Assembly: GCA_002713325.1 (NCBI GenBank)
Contig: PAWD01000021.1
Span: 15,535 to 79,534 of the forward strand
Reading direction: 5' to 3'
Source of the DNA: Nitrososphaerota archaeon
GTDB taxonomy: Archaea > Thermoproteota > Nitrososphaeria > Nitrososphaerales > UBA213
Length of the DNA stretch: 64,000 nucleotides
Part shown: piece after piece, positions 1 to 11,151 of the stretch
Layout of the letters: every line of letters begins with the position of its first letter
Numbering within the stretch: position 1 is the first letter of the stretch
Notes under the pieces: generated by a model
What the model was told of the DNA's origin: nothing
Databases searched by the model: none
The model's input: the letters and a program-made list of their open reading frames with translations, nothing else
Position numbers and translations under genes: made by a program

Positions 1-1484
1 TCATAGAACCACTTTACTTGTTTAAGGTAATCTCTGTAGGAGTTATTAATTAAAAATTGTTTGTATATGTAAACAATACTAATAAACTTGTAATTCTTAG
101 CTGAGAAATTGACACGTATACGCAAAATTTGGATATACAAATTGATAACAGTTGGACTAGGTTTGGCATTCCTAGGAATTATAGTTGGATCTACCACTCA
201 GTATACATTTGTTGCTGGCATAATTTTTGTTGTAATTATAATTTTAGGTGTTATAGGAATTATGAAGATGTGGAAAAACATGTGATGTTTTGTTAATATC
301 CAATAATTAATATCAACATTATAATTGTGAATTATATAAAAAAGAAACAGTGGCAACGGTAATTTTAGACAGATCCTTCAGGTTAAGAATTGAATTCATA
401 TCTTTTCCTCCTTACTTGATCTATTTCATACCTTGAGATCTTTGTCTTCCAATCTCTCTTTATTACAGTAATTTCATATTTCAATTACTCTAGTTATTCC
501 TTGATATACGCATATCACTTTCTCTGAATTCATTGCTTATTCACATACAGAAATATGAATATAAAATCAATATAAAATATTAAGTAAATATATTGATTCT
601 CAATACAGTTACTTATTTCATGAATATGACGAGAAACACCATAGGTATTGAGACTACAGTAGTTATTATTAGTAGCGCCTGTATTGATTCGGGGGTTGGC
701 TCTATTCCAAATAAAGGTAGAAATGGTATTGGAAATAATATGAATGCCCATAATAAACCAAAAGCTATTAGCCTACGCCATTTCTTACGCAAGTTGATCT
801 GCATGAATCTACTCATAAGATAACTACATTTAATCCTTAAGATAATATGCAGTAACATATGAAAAAGATATTACGGCATCTATGAAACGATTATCTAATT
901 TTATTTCTTAATTTTATCATCATTGATCAATACAATTCAATTATTTATTGAAAATTGTAAACTGTTGCACCATTATATTAATTGTATAATATATCTTATT
1001 GAATTAAAGTCATTTTCATGAAAATTGGTTATTATTTTATATTCAATCTACACAATAGTTTATCGCTAATGTTACGGGTTGTAACTTAGTATAAAGATCC
1101 AATAATACTATATAATTGGTTAATGTTAAAGTAAAATCATGGTTTCTATTTTCACAATGTGTAATTATTAAATTATCTTCATATTAGTATAGGAAGTTGA
1201 TTACTGATTGTTGTCTAATAATCCATTGGAGTGGTTATATATGACACTCTCTTTAGTAAATTCAATCCAATGTTAAATCTTTAATAATTCACACATGAAA
1301 ATTGTATACATTATTATATGTTTGTATAGTAATTTGTAAAAACAATCTATAAAATAATAAAAACTTCTATAGAATTTGGTTGAGCTAATATTAATATTTA
1401 AATAATGTATTAGGAAAATATAAAGCAAAGGTGTATAATTAATGTTGATGGAGTTTTATTATTGTATGAAAGGTGTGGGATTTT

Positions 1485-3290
1485 ATGAAGAGTAAGGCAC
1501 TGAATAGTAAATTGCAGATAAAGAGGACCCAGAATAATTGGGGTATACCAGAAGAGGTTACCACATTTGCTGAAATTGAAAAGCTTTACAGACAGAAGAA
1601 GATCAGTGAGGATGAATTCCGCAGGTTTAGGCTTCAGAATGGGGCTTACGGTTCCAGAATGCAAGCTGACTATAGTATGGTGCGTGTAAAGGTACCATCA
1701 GGAATAATTACATCGGAACAATTAAAGAAGTTTGCTTTCCTTAGTGATGCATTCTCTATCGGGAGTGCACATGTATCAACCAGACAAAATATTCAGCTCC
1801 ATTGGGTTCATCTAGATGATGTTTCAGAAGTGATGCGAGGTTTGGTCGATGTTGGTCTCACAAGTAGGGAAGCTTGCGGCAACACTATACGAAATGTTAT
1901 ATGCAGTCACTTTGCAGGTGTCTGTATAAATGAAGCATTTGATGCAACACCACATGCAAATGCTATAGCAAAGTTCTTCCTAAGGAATCCATTAAATCAG
2001 AACCTGCCGAGAAAATTTAAATTCAACTTTGCGTGCTGTGAAGATCATAGCAATCTTGTTAGAATAGCAGATATTGGATTGGTTCCAGCAGTGAAAGAAA
2101 TCAATGGACAACTGATCACTGGTTTCAGGATATATCTAGGAGGTGGCCTTGGTCCGGCTTCATTCATTGGAGAACTTCTTGAGGAATTTACACCTATGAA
2201 AGATATCTTATCTACATGTATTGCAACGATAAGGCTGTTTGATAGACTTGGTGATAGGGAAAAGATGCACAGAAACCGAATGAGGTATCTCGTACATGAT
2301 ATGGGTTTTGAGAAGTTCCAAAAACTTGTTTTGAAAGAACGTATAATTGTGAATGCTACCAAGTCTATCACAACAAAGTTAGAGATTATAGAAGAACAAG
2401 TACCAAGCATTGCCGCATCAATTATCTCATACGAATCTACAGATAATCCACTAGGCTATCAGAAGTGGTTACACACAAACGTAGTACAACAGAAACAACA
2501 AGGGTATACAGTGGCATTTATCACATTACAGGCTGGTGATATAACATCAAGACAGCTCAAAGTACTTGCCGAAATATGCAGGGAATTTAGTGCAGAAGGA
2601 TGTGTGCGTACAACACCAGCGCAGAATATAGTGTTAAGATGGGTTCTGCAATCAGATTTACTTGATCTATATCAGAGGCTTGTACAAACCGGACTTGCAA
2701 ATTCAGGAGCATTAACTATTGCATCTCCTGTGGGATGTGTTGGTACAACATCATGTAATTTAGCAATAACAAATTCACATAGACTCGCAAAAGAAATACA
2801 AGCCAAGTTTACTGAACTAGGTCTAGATATGGATGATGAACTCAGGGATTCTACCATAAAGATAAGTGGATGTCCAAACTCCTGCGGACAACATGAAATT
2901 GCTACTATGGGTTTCTATGGTGGTGCATCAAGAGTAAATAATACACTGGCTCCAACTTATAACATGCTCCTAGGAGGTAGCACTGGAGAAAAATCATCCC
3001 TTGGAAAGGTGTTCACAAGGGTTCCAGCAAAGAAAATTATCGATGTTGTGTTGAAGATAATCGAACTCTATAGGCAAGAAAAGAATGAGGGTGAGAAACT
3101 GAATGAATGGATATACAGGATTCTTCGAGGTGAGGGTTCTATGAATGTAAAGAACTCTAAAGATCTGAAGACTATTATTGATACAGTTACCCCATTGCCT
3201 AGTCCAGAACAGAGTCCCGAATCATATATTGATTATGGTAATGATGTCCAGTTTTTAGCAAAGACAGCTAGAGGCGAATGTGCAGCTTGA
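1485..3290 (+). CDS. Assimilatory sulfite/nitrite reductase hemoprotein (ferredoxin-type, siroheme-[4Fe-4S])
   Basis: ORF track 1473..3290 (GTG). First ATG is at 1485, preceded by AAGGTG. Duplicated nitrite/sulfite-reductase architecture. Cluster-ligand motifs GCVGTTSC (C-x5-C) and SGCPNSCGQH (C-x3-C). Confidence 0.85.
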   Translation: MKSKALNSKLQIKRTQNNWGIPEEVTTFAEIEKLYRQKKISEDEFRRFRLQNGAYGSRMQADYSMVRVKVPSGIITSEQLKKFAFLSDAFSIGSAHVSTRQNIQLHWVHLDDVSEVMRGLVDVGLTSREACGNTIRNVICSHFAGVCINEAFDATPHANAIAKFFLRNPLNQNLPRKFKFNFACCEDHSNLVRIADIGLVPAVKEINGQLITGFRIYLGGGLGPASFIGELLEEFTPMKDILSTCIATIRLFDRLGDREKMHRNRMRYLVHDMGFEKFQKLVLKERIIVNATKSITTKLEIIEEQVPSIAASIISYESTDNPLGYQKWLHTNVVQQKQQGYTVAFITLQAGDITSRQLKVLAEICREFSAEGCVRTTPAQNIVLRWVLQSDLLDLYQRLVQTGLANSGALTIASPVGCVGTTSCNLAITNSHRLAKEIQAKFTELGLDMDDELRDSTIKISGCPNSCGQHEIATMGFYGGASRVNNTLAPTYNMLLGGSTGEKSSLGKVFTRVPAKKIIDVVLKIIELYRQEKNEGEKLNEWIYRILRGEGSMNVKNSKDLKTIIDTVTPLPSPEQSPESYIDYGNDVQFLAKTARGECAA

Positions 3291-3308
3291 AGTCGAAGGC
3301 AATTGAAT

Positions 3309-4112
3309 ATGAGTCTAGATAGAAAGTATCCGATTATTATTAATCCTAATCAACTGATAAAGAGCACTACAAAAAAGTCCGTAAGAGTTGTTGATGTGAG
3401 AAAAACTGAAGAGTATAACGATGGACACATCCCTAGTGCTATTTCAATACCTTTGGCAGGTGTACTAAATGCAGAGAGTATAGAAATAGTAGTAAGTTTA
3501 TTTGCGAATGTTGGTATAGATGATAATATACACGTTGTAGTTTATGACGATACATTCGGTGCACTAGCAGCAAGGGTTGCTTGGACACTAGAATATATAG
3601 GACATCAAAATGTTTCACTTCTAGGAATTACGTATAGTACATGGAAGTCAATGGGTTTTAAAATAGAGAAGAAGAAGAGAGTTTACAAAAAAACAAAGCA
3701 CTCCCTAAAGATAAACAATGATATTCTTGCTACTATAGATTATGTTAATTCTTCTGGCGGATATAATGGCAAGGTGCTACTTGACTCTAGGGAGCGATTG
3801 AACTATCTGGATCACCATATACCTAGGGCAATTAACATACCATGGAAGACTTTCGCTGGAGAGAATTCTATCCTTCGGTCTTCAGAGGAGTTAAAGAGAC
3901 TTGTGAAGAACCGTGGACTTTCTGATACCCAAGAGGTGATCACATACTGTGGTAGTGTTGGTACACTCTCAGGACTGGCATACTATGGACTACTTCTTGC
4001 TGGGTATAGAAATGTAAAACTATACGTGAAATCATTAAGGGAATGGAAATCTAATGGCTTTCCAACAGAAGATGTGAAGGATGCTAACTATTGGGATCTC
4101 TCTGCGGAATAA
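3309..4112 (+). CDS. Two-domain rhodanese-like sulfurtransferase (thiosulfate/3-mercaptopyruvate type)
   Basis: ORF track 3303..4112 (TTG); first ATG at 3309. Two rhodanese halves (DVRKTEEYNDGHIPSAI / DSRERLNYLDHHIPRAINIP). Active-site loop YCGSVGTLSG in the second half. Lies 12 nt downstream of the sulfite reductase gene. Confidence 0.75.
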   Translation: MSLDRKYPIIINPNQLIKSTTKKSVRVVDVRKTEEYNDGHIPSAISIPLAGVLNAESIEIVVSLFANVGIDDNIHVVVYDDTFGALAARVAWTLEYIGHQNVSLLGITYSTWKSMGFKIEKKKRVYKKTKHSLKINNDILATIDYVNSSGGYNGKVLLDSRERLNYLDHHIPRAINIPWKTFAGENSILRSSEELKRLVKNRGLSDTQEVITYCGSVGTLSGLAYYGLLLAGYRNVKLYVKSLREWKSNGFPTEDVKDANYWDLSAE

Positions 4113-4256
4113 CCTAATTATAGAAATTTTCAAGCCAATTCATATATACGGTGACTAAGATTCTATGTAGAAATAGATTTCTATGAAAGTAAATTTGATA
4201 ATAATGTGTTATTAAGTAAACATAACAAATAAAAGAATCACATATTTACTTGTTTT

Positions 4257-5594
4257 ATGCGATGTAAATCAGTATTAGTAATTGGACTTATAGCGATGTT
4301 AATCTTTAGTGTGAATGCTAGCGCGTTGGCACAGGAAGATAAATTTTCTACAAGAGTACTAACAAAGGGAAAGAAGTCAGTATTAATGTTACTTGTGGTT
4401 AACTCTTCGAAGAGTACCAATGCTATTAACGAATTTGAAGTTACGTTCACTGATAGAAGACCATTTGGTGCAATAGCTAGAGGATGGGATAGCGAAAGGA
4501 ATGATAATACTATGACATTCACTGCTACACGATCCGACCTAGGTCCAGGAGAAAGAACAATTTTCATCATAAAGGTATCTGATCCAGCTTCTTCTAAATT
4601 TGATTGGATTGCTAAAGATAATAACGGTATTGAATTGCAAAATGGAGAGGTATCTAAGGTTAGGGTTAGAGAATCAAAGGAATCTTTACTTGTAAAGATA
4701 GTAACACCAGAAGTTAATGTTAATAAAGATAGGGTAATTCTAGGTGAACAGATTATAGTAACAGGAAAAGGATACAGTACCAATTCTGCAATTATAATAT
4801 ATATTGACCTAGACGAAGTTGGAAGATTCACAACGGATCAGCATGGAATGTTCAATACTATTATTCTTGTTTCAGATCATATTGGTGTTGGTCCACATAT
4901 GATAAAAGCTATAGATTCTACTGATAAGTCAGCTGTTATTAAGATTTTGACTGAGTTACCTGAAGGAGCGTTACCACCTCTTCAAGGAGGGAAACTTGTT
5001 ATAAGAACCGATAAGGAAGAATATAGTCCTGGAGCAAGGATTAAGATAACTGGTTCTGCAGTACTTGATACTCCAATTTCGTTAAAGATAACTGATCCCG
5101 TAGGTGCATTAATTTGTGGATCAAATCCACAAGTTAATAATCAAACTCTCCTCTGGAGTACCACCTGTTTTCTTGATCAAAAAGTCGTTGCTGGAACATA
5201 TAAGATAGATGTGAAACAGATAGTACACAGAACTAGTGCTACATTTATTGTAAAAGTTTCTATTACTACTACTACTACTACTACTAAAGTTGAATCAGGA
5301 GAAGATCCGGGCACTCTTAAGATATCTATTGATAAAGGAAAATATAGGGTAGGAGATACAGTCGAGGTAACTATAACTGGCTCTAGATCAGAATCCCTAG
5401 TAAACCTTATCGTTAATGCACCTTCTAGTTTAGAATCTAACCGTTATACTACTGATGAAACAGGCTCTGTAATAGTACAGTTACCAATTTCTGGCTCCGA
5501 TTCTATTGGAATCTGGAAACTAGTAGTAAAGCAGACTGATTCAACTACGAAAAAACATTTTACGGTACGATTACAGTTCATAGTAGAGGAATAA
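4257..5594 (+). CDS. Exported protein of repeated beta-sandwich modules with a (Thr)7 linker
   Basis: N-terminal signal-like sequence MRCKSVLVIGLIAMLIFSVNASALA. Three modules of the type [DN]K..Y..G[DE].I.[IV].G...TD..G.F...G.Y. No catalytic motif seen. Confidence 0.7.
   Translation: MRCKSVLVIGLIAMLIFSVNASALAQEDKFSTRVLTKGKKSVLMLLVVNSSKSTNAINEFEVTFTDRRPFGAIARGWDSERNDNTMTFTATRSDLGPGERTIFIIKVSDPASSKFDWIAKDNNGIELQNGEVSKVRVRESKESLLVKIVTPEVNVNKDRVILGEQIIVTGKGYSTNSAIIIYIDLDEVGRFTTDQHGMFNTIILVSDHIGVGPHMIKAIDSTDKSAVIKILTELPEGALPPLQGGKLVIRTDKEEYSPGARIKITGSAVLDTPISLKITDPVGALICGSNPQVNNQTLLWSTTCFLDQKVVAGTYKIDVKQIVHRTSATFIVKVSITTTTTTTKVESGEDPGTLKISIDKGKYRVGDTVEVTITGSRSESLVNLIVNAPSSLESNRYTTDETGSVIVQLPISGSDSIGIWKLVVKQTDSTTKKHFTVRLQFIVEE
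5265..5285 (+). repeat. (ACT)7 trinucleotide microsatellite encoding Thr7
   Basis: Seven perfect ACT units counted in the sequence, in frame within CDS 4257..5594. Confidence 0.95.
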
Positions 5595-5676
5595 TTGTTT
5601 TTCCTTGAGATATCCTTGAGTTTATTCCTCAACAAATATGTTTTAATAAAATAAATCAACCTTTTGAAGGATAATA

Positions 5677-5976
5677 TTATATCTTATCCATACACTTGGG
5701 TAATTTCCCATGTTTCTCACGGTATTCATTAAGAAGCTTCTCTTTCATTTTTTCATTAGATTGTGTAGTCATATAACGGAATCTTTTTGCCTCATTAATG
5801 CATGAATGAGAGATCGATTCAAGCAAGCTTTGCCTTAGGTTTATACTAGATCCAATGTAAAGGATCTTCATAGCTGCATGCATCATATAAACACCTGGTA
5901 ATTCCGGAACCACTTCAACATTTGTTTTGTCAAAATCTATCCATTCTGACCAGTATGTTTCTATTTCTTCAGCCAT
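5677..5976 (-). CDS. Small GIY-YIG (URI) domain-like protein
   Basis: 99-aa ORF. Motif LPGVYMM....ILYIGSSINLRQSL matches the GIY...YIG...R pattern of GIY-YIG nucleases. Confidence 0.5.
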   Translation of the reverse strand: MAEEIETYWSEWIDFDKTNVEVVPELPGVYMMHAAMKILYIGSSINLRQSLLESISHSCINEAKRFRYMTTQSNEKMKEKLLNEYREKHGKLPKCMDKI

Positions 5977-6486
5977 ATCTTTTACCTTCTATTTTTTATT
6001 CATAAAGGTTTTTGTTTTTATTATAATAAACTAGATATTATTTTTCATAACATTCTTCAATGCTTTTGTAAAAATACCAAATACCTTTATTTTTTGCCAT
6101 TCCTTATCTCCATACTTACTTGAGTAATACAGTGCTACTGCCAAATCTATTCCTATGTAAAAAAATATAATTACGGCTGCATAAACATGTGGTTCGTTCA
6201 CATCTATGCTTAATTGTTAATTTTATTTGAATGCTTCTTATATTCTACCTAACAAGAATTCTCTATTTCGCTGATTACTATCGTGTGAAGGGTTGTTTTA
6301 TTACGCATAACTTTTGTATGGTTATTGGTTATCTATTTCATTTGTATACACGCGTTCTCCCCTGTAATCCCTATATCACTAGTAATTTTAATCACAATTG
6401 TGTGCCTATATTTAGTAAAAAGATGAAAACATATGTAGTGTAACACTTAGAATTTCCATTAGGATTTCTATTTCTATTAACTAAAA

Positions 6487-7542
6487 TTATTTCGTATGTT
6501 TCTTGAGATAATCTATACATGTAATGGGAGTTGGGTCAATACCATGTAAGATAGCTATTGTCATCGATATTAGATCAGCAATAAATATTGTGGAAATAAT
6601 ACTTTCAAATTTATTACGCCCTCGCGAATAAATTTCTAAAAATTCAATTTTCTGGTTATCTAGTAGTTGCTTGATAGCCTCAAATCTTTTTTGTGTATAT
6701 TGATCGTCAAACTGGTTAGATAGAAGTATAACGATTCTATTGAATGGTTTGACAAAAGGAACTACAGTATTATGAGAAGCTTCAAATACATCGTTAAAAA
6801 CAACATCCATTTTCGCATTTTCATTTAACGCACTCTTGAATCTGGTTCCTACTGACATCTGAATTGGTGAACACAATATAAGTGGAAGATCCGATTTGGA
6901 AATCCTTGTTGCAATATTTAAAATATTTTTTTCAAACATTTCAGAAGGTGATGAATCTATTTGTTCAGATAACAATGTAGTCGAAAGTTCTTTAAGACGT
7001 TCTATTGCTATACCCGCATCTTGATATAAATTTCTATCTATTGTTGCAATCTGTGCAATAATCGCAAAAACATAAGCTGGAAGGGACTCTCTAGGTGTGC
7101 CATAACTACCAATCTTCACATAATCCATTCCGTTGTCTAACGCCATTCTTTGCATCTTTCCTCCGGAAGAAAATGCAATAATCTTTGCCTTTCTATTCTT
7201 TGCATCCATCATCGCTCTTATAGTTTCATCGGTATCTCCTGATACACTTGTAGCTATTACAAGAGTATCTTCGTCTACTAATGGTGATAAGATATAACTA
7301 TTGTTTACTTTGGTGATGATCTTATTATTATACAGAGATTCTGTTACGACTAGACCTACATGTGAAGAACCTCCCATCCCTAGAAAAACTAATTTTCGGA
7401 ATTGTTCTAAATCCTTAATCTTTTTATTAAAAACTTCTGACGCTATATTATACCAATTAGTGTAATTCTTAAACATTCCTTGTGAATCGTATGTTTTAAC
7501 CAAATAAGGAAAATTACATGTTGACGCATCTGGATTAACCAT
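6487..7542 (-). CDS. Bifunctional phosphoglucose/phosphomannose isomerase (SIS domains)
   Basis: 351-aa ORF. Contains GMGGSSHVG and TSVSGDTDET (SIS S-x-S-G-x-T-x-E type motif). Size and layout fit the archaeal PGI/PMI family. Confidence 0.75.
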   Translation of the reverse strand: MVNPDASTCNFPYLVKTYDSQGMFKNYTNWYNIASEVFNKKIKDLEQFRKLVFLGMGGSSHVGLVVTESLYNNKIITKVNNSYILSPLVDEDTLVIATSVSGDTDETIRAMMDAKNRKAKIIAFSSGGKMQRMALDNGMDYVKIGSYGTPRESLPAYVFAIIAQIATIDRNLYQDAGIAIERLKELSTTLLSEQIDSSPSEMFEKNILNIATRISKSDLPLILCSPIQMSVGTRFKSALNENAKMDVVFNDVFEASHNTVVPFVKPFNRIVILLSNQFDDQYTQKRFEAIKQLLDNQKIEFLEIYSRGRNKFESIISTIFIADLISMTIAILHGIDPTPITCIDYLKKHTK

Positions 7543-7712
7543 AGTTTTAGATGATCTACTTCATATTTAATAATTCAGGTTTATAATAACAGATAATGTT
7601 AAAACTAATTTAATCATCTTCAAATTAGATATCTAAGGAAATGGTTCTATATTTTACTCAGATGTAGTAGTTAATCTGACTAATCCTACAAGTAATTAAT
7701 GAAATATTTTTC

Positions 7713-8741
7713 CTAAGTAACAATTTTGCTCAACTCATTACTATTATTTGCATTTTTGATTTCCCTTGCAAGCCTTCTACCAGTGCTCATAGGTTCATCA
7801 TATGTTAATGCTGTGTAGGGTGATCCATCGATGTAGAGATTTGTACCCGCAACTATTCTTGCAGAGAATTCAAAAGATATGAATCTACCCTCTTTATCAT
7901 AGACACCCTCAATGCAGAATGGTCCAACCATACCCGGTTCAACAAATCTCTTTGATGTTTCAACAAACCTTTCTCCCATCTTATACACTTCGTTAAGCAA
8001 CGACTCTCTCAAAACTATAGGTATATTTCCTACAACTGTGTATGAAGGTTCTACATCAATCTTCAGCTGATGCCTGCTTGGAATTCTTCCAAGTCCATCA
8101 ACATCGGATTCATATCTGCGATCAATACCCATGAATTCAACATTGTTTTTTAGTGGAGAATAGAAATACTGAAGATATACAGGAACACCAAAGACATATT
8201 CTTGTATGTATAGATCATTTTCATCCTTTATTAGACCCTGGTTTTTGAGTTTATCAGCACCTTCCATGAAGCTCTTCTTATCCCATGCAAGGAAGTATCC
8301 CTTACCTCCAGCTGCACCATGTAATTTCACTATAACCATACTGTTGATATCGTTTGGACCATTCACACTATTCGGTGTTTCTAATTTGGATTCTTTCATT
8401 AACTTCTCTTTTAGCTTCCTATCAGATTCCCAGCGCAGTATCCACTTATTTCCAAAGAAAGGAATCTTCATATTTTCTATTTGTTGACTATTCATATTAG
8501 ATATCAATGTGCCATGCGGAACTAGAATTGTATCGTTTTTTTGGAACTTATCTAAGACATTTTGATCAAGAATTTGTATAAAATCATCTACTAGTATAAA
8601 TTCATCAATGAACTTGAAACGTTTATACAAATCCTCTCTTTCCTTTTTGCAAACTAATAATGTTTTGAATCCTTCATCTTTAGCTCCCTTTAAGATCTGT
8701 AATGAGCAATGTGAACCTATAGTCGATATTACGTTCATCAT
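7713..8741 (-). CDS. purP: 5-formaminoimidazole-4-carboxamide ribonucleotide synthetase (ATP-grasp, archaeal purine pathway)
   Basis: 342-aa ORF. The N-terminus ISTIGSHCSLQILKGAKDEGF is typical of PurP, followed by an ATP-grasp core. Confidence 0.85.
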   Translation of the reverse strand: MMNVISTIGSHCSLQILKGAKDEGFKTLLVCKKEREDLYKRFKFIDEFILVDDFIQILDQNVLDKFQKNDTILVPHGTLISNMNSQQIENMKIPFFGNKWILRWESDRKLKEKLMKESKLETPNSVNGPNDINSMVIVKLHGAAGGKGYFLAWDKKSFMEGADKLKNQGLIKDENDLYIQEYVFGVPVYLQYFYSPLKNNVEFMGIDRRYESDVDGLGRIPSRHQLKIDVEPSYTVVGNIPIVLRESLLNEVYKMGERFVETSKRFVEPGMVGPFCIEGVYDKEGRFISFEFSARIVAGTNLYIDGSPYTALTYDEPMSTGRRLAREIKNANNSNELSKIVT

Positions 8742-8890
8742 AAGTATTACTCCATAGGAAGGTTATTAAAAACGTAACAGTTACAATCTCATATACTGAA
8801 ATACAAAAGAAAATCTATCATCATTACACTCCGCGTTGTCGAGAGCTATGCATATGTTAAATTAATTAACGATAATTCATTGTGATACTA

Positions 8891-9805
8891 ATGAATTCCA
8901 AGTTAGCACACACTGCAGAACACATATTCATGCGAAGTCTGCAACAACTAGTAGATGGAATATCTGTAAGAAAAGTTGATCATCGTGACACGATCAACAA
9001 GGTGTATTTGAAGAGTCCTAAACTTACTCTAGATATAATTTATCAAGCTGAAGTCATGACCAATAGAGTAATTGAAGAAGGAAGAGAAGTGAAAGAACAT
9101 AAATTCGTATCGATAGGGGAAGCTCGTGAAATATTTCCACATATGCGTGCCTATGAAGAACGTATATCTGGAGACGTGAGAGTAATAGAAATTGATAACT
9201 ATGATTATTCAGCCTGTACAAGAGAACACACACAAAAAACTAATGAATGTGGATTCTTCCTTGTTACAAGGATATCGAAAGAAAATGATCAATATGGAAT
9301 AGAATTTCTTGTAGGTAAAGAAGCACAAAAATCAGCATTAGAGTTAAGTATGAAGTGTATAAAGGTTGCACGCGAGCTTGGAGCAAGTGTAAAGACATTG
9401 GAAGCTACGGCTAAAAATTTGAAAAAAGAGTTGGATATATACAAGAAGAGAATGGTTATTCTTACCGAAAATTCTATTAATTCTTTGATACCTACAAACA
9501 AAGATGATAAAATCATTTATGCAATGATCATAGAGATGTTTGATGATTCAATAGTTATGAAAAAAACTAGAGATATTATAAAACAAAATAATTCTATAGT
9601 ATTATTTATGAACATTAATTCTAGAGCAACAGTTGTACTTGCATGTAATGAGAACTTACAAATAGATTGTAGTGTTATTCTAAAATCTACTCTCAACAAA
9701 TTCGGGGGTAAAGGAGGAGGTAAAGTGAATTTTGCAACGGGTTCTGTTGAAATAGAGAAAGCAGAGGAAGTGTTTAATGCTTTACGTAAAGAGTTAAATT
9801 GCTAA
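8891..9805 (+). CDS. alaX: AlaX-type alanyl-tRNA editing protein (SAD + DHHA1-like C-terminus)
   Basis: ORF track 8882 (GTG). The ATG at 8891 lies ~30 nt downstream of a TATA-like TTAAATTAATTA. Zn motifs HTAEH and CTREH; C-terminal FGGKGGG motif. Confidence 0.8.
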   Translation: MNSKLAHTAEHIFMRSLQQLVDGISVRKVDHRDTINKVYLKSPKLTLDIIYQAEVMTNRVIEEGREVKEHKFVSIGEAREIFPHMRAYEERISGDVRVIEIDNYDYSACTREHTQKTNECGFFLVTRISKENDQYGIEFLVGKEAQKSALELSMKCIKVARELGASVKTLEATAKNLKKELDIYKKRMVILTENSINSLIPTNKDDKIIYAMIIEMFDDSIVMKKTRDIIKQNNSIVLFMNINSRATVVLACNENLQIDCSVILKSTLNKFGGKGGGKVNFATGSVEIEKAEEVFNALRKELNC

Positions 9806-11145
9806 TGAAGAGGTTTTTTACTGTGTTGAGTGAAGAAGATCTCGAAGACTGGAGAAGAACACATTATTCATCACAGATAAAACCAGATTTGAATGATGAC
9901 AACGTTCTTGTTATGGGCTGGGTCTCCAGCATACGTGATCATGGAAATATCACATTTATTATGATTACAGATAAGGATGGAGAGATACAGGTTACTGCGA
10001 AACTTGATGAGTGTGGAAAAATACTTTTTGATAAGATCAGGGAAGTTAAGGAACATTCTAGCATAGGTGTGAAGGGCAAGGTAAGAATGATGCAGAACGC
10101 ACCAAACGGAGCAGAGGTAATTCCTGAAGAGATGAAGATATTTTCCATAGCGAAGAAAGTACCACCTTTTCAGGTGTATAGTAGAACAGTACCAAATATA
10201 GATATAAGATTGGATCTGCGAGCCATTGATCTCCGTAGAAAAGTTCTGCGAGCAGTGTTCAATATTAGACATAACACACTAAACGCGATACGCGAATTTC
10301 TGAATAAAGAGGGATTTATTGAAGTTAACACACCAAAGATAATAGCTACTGCAACAGAAGGTGGTGCAGCTCTCTTCCCGATATTTTACTATGATAGAGA
10401 GGCATTTCTTGTGCAGAGTCCACAGTTGTATAAAGAACAACTTACTATGGCATTTGAACATGTGTTCGAAATAGGACCAATATTTAGGGCAGAACCTTCC
10501 AGAACTATGAGACATTTATCTGAGGCAATATCAATAGACGTAGAAGAGATATTTGTAGACTATAATGATGTTATTAATTTATTGGAAAGAATGGTTGTAT
10601 ATATTATAGAATACGTTATAAAAAATAAATCAGAAGAATTAGAGGTTCTGCAAAATAAGATAGATAAACCAAGTCTTCCATTCCCAAGATATTCATACAA
10701 TGAACTCATTGAGTTGTTAAAGAAAGAGGACGAAAGGATAGAGTGGGGGGATGATTTTTCCACAGATAATCTGAAAAAACTTGGTTCTATAATACAAGGC
10801 TATTATTTCATCACCGACTGGCCATCGATATCAAAACCATTCTATACTAAACCAAAAATCAGCGATGAGAAACTATGTGAGTCATTCGATCTCATGTATG
10901 GAGAATTAGAAATTTCATCCGGTAGTAGCAGAATAAACAGGAAAGACAAACTACTTGAACGTATGAAGAAACAGGGATTGAATACAGAGGCATTCGATTA
11001 CCATCTTAGAGTATTCGATTATGGTGTACCTCCTCATGCAGGATTTGGACTAGGCTTAGAGAGGTTTCTCATGACATTTACAGGCGTAGAAAATATAAGG
11101 GATACAACACTTTATCCTAGAGATAAAGATAGACTAGCACCATAG
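9805..11145 (+). CDS. aspS: Aspartyl-tRNA synthetase, archaeal type (probably non-discriminating)
   Basis: ORF track 9799 (TTG). The ATG at 9805 overlaps the alaX stop (TAATG). Has an N-terminal OB fold (RTHYSSQI...) and class II motifs ([13 protein letters not shown]). Immediately followed by gatCAB. Confidence 0.9.
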   Translation: MKRFFTVLSEEDLEDWRRTHYSSQIKPDLNDDNVLVMGWVSSIRDHGNITFIMITDKDGEIQVTAKLDECGKILFDKIREVKEHSSIGVKGKVRMMQNAPNGAEVIPEEMKIFSIAKKVPPFQVYSRTVPNIDIRLDLRAIDLRRKVLRAVFNIRHNTLNAIREFLNKEGFIEVNTPKIIATATEGGAALFPIFYYDREAFLVQSPQLYKEQLTMAFEHVFEIGPIFRAEPSRTMRHLSEAISIDVEEIFVDYNDVINLLERMVVYIIEYVIKNKSEELEVLQNKIDKPSLPFPRYSYNELIELLKKEDERIEWGDDFSTDNLKKLGSIIQGYYFITDWPSISKPFYTKPKISDEKLCESFDLMYGELEISSGSSRINRKDKLLERMKKQGLNTEAFDYHLRVFDYGVPPHAGFGLGLERFLMTFTGVENIRDTTLYPRDKDRLAP

Positions 11146-11151
11146 GGTGGT

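Noticed and set aside
109-285. 58-codon ORF with TTG start encoding a two-TM peptide (..LITVGLGLAFLGIIVGSTT..FVAGIIFVVIIILGVIGIM..).
   Set aside because: Plausible small membrane protein, but below the ORF-track threshold, with a non-ATG start and no homology evidence. Not reported as a feature.
300-1470. ~1.2-kb very AT-rich stretch with only dubious ORFs (530..751 -, 593..823 +, 613..858 -); considered as a replication origin or ncRNA locus.
   Set aside because: I found no ORB-like repeated boxes, no inverted repeats, no adjacent orc1/cdc6 gene and no GC-rich structured segment. The 81-aa minus ORF is hydrophobic and might be a real small membrane protein, but the three ORFs overlap one another and none can be supported.
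4238-4831. 197-aa minus-strand ORF overlapping the 5' half of CDS 4257..5594.
   Set aside because: Antisense shadow ORF. The plus-strand frame has a signal peptide and repeated modules; the minus frame is Ser/Leu-rich with no features.
6031-6201. 56-aa minus-strand ORF with GTG start and one TM helix, in the gap between the GIY-YIG gene and PGI/PMI; also plus ORF 6231..6443.
   Set aside because: Too short and unsupported. The plus ORF has an implausible aromatic/Cys-rich composition.
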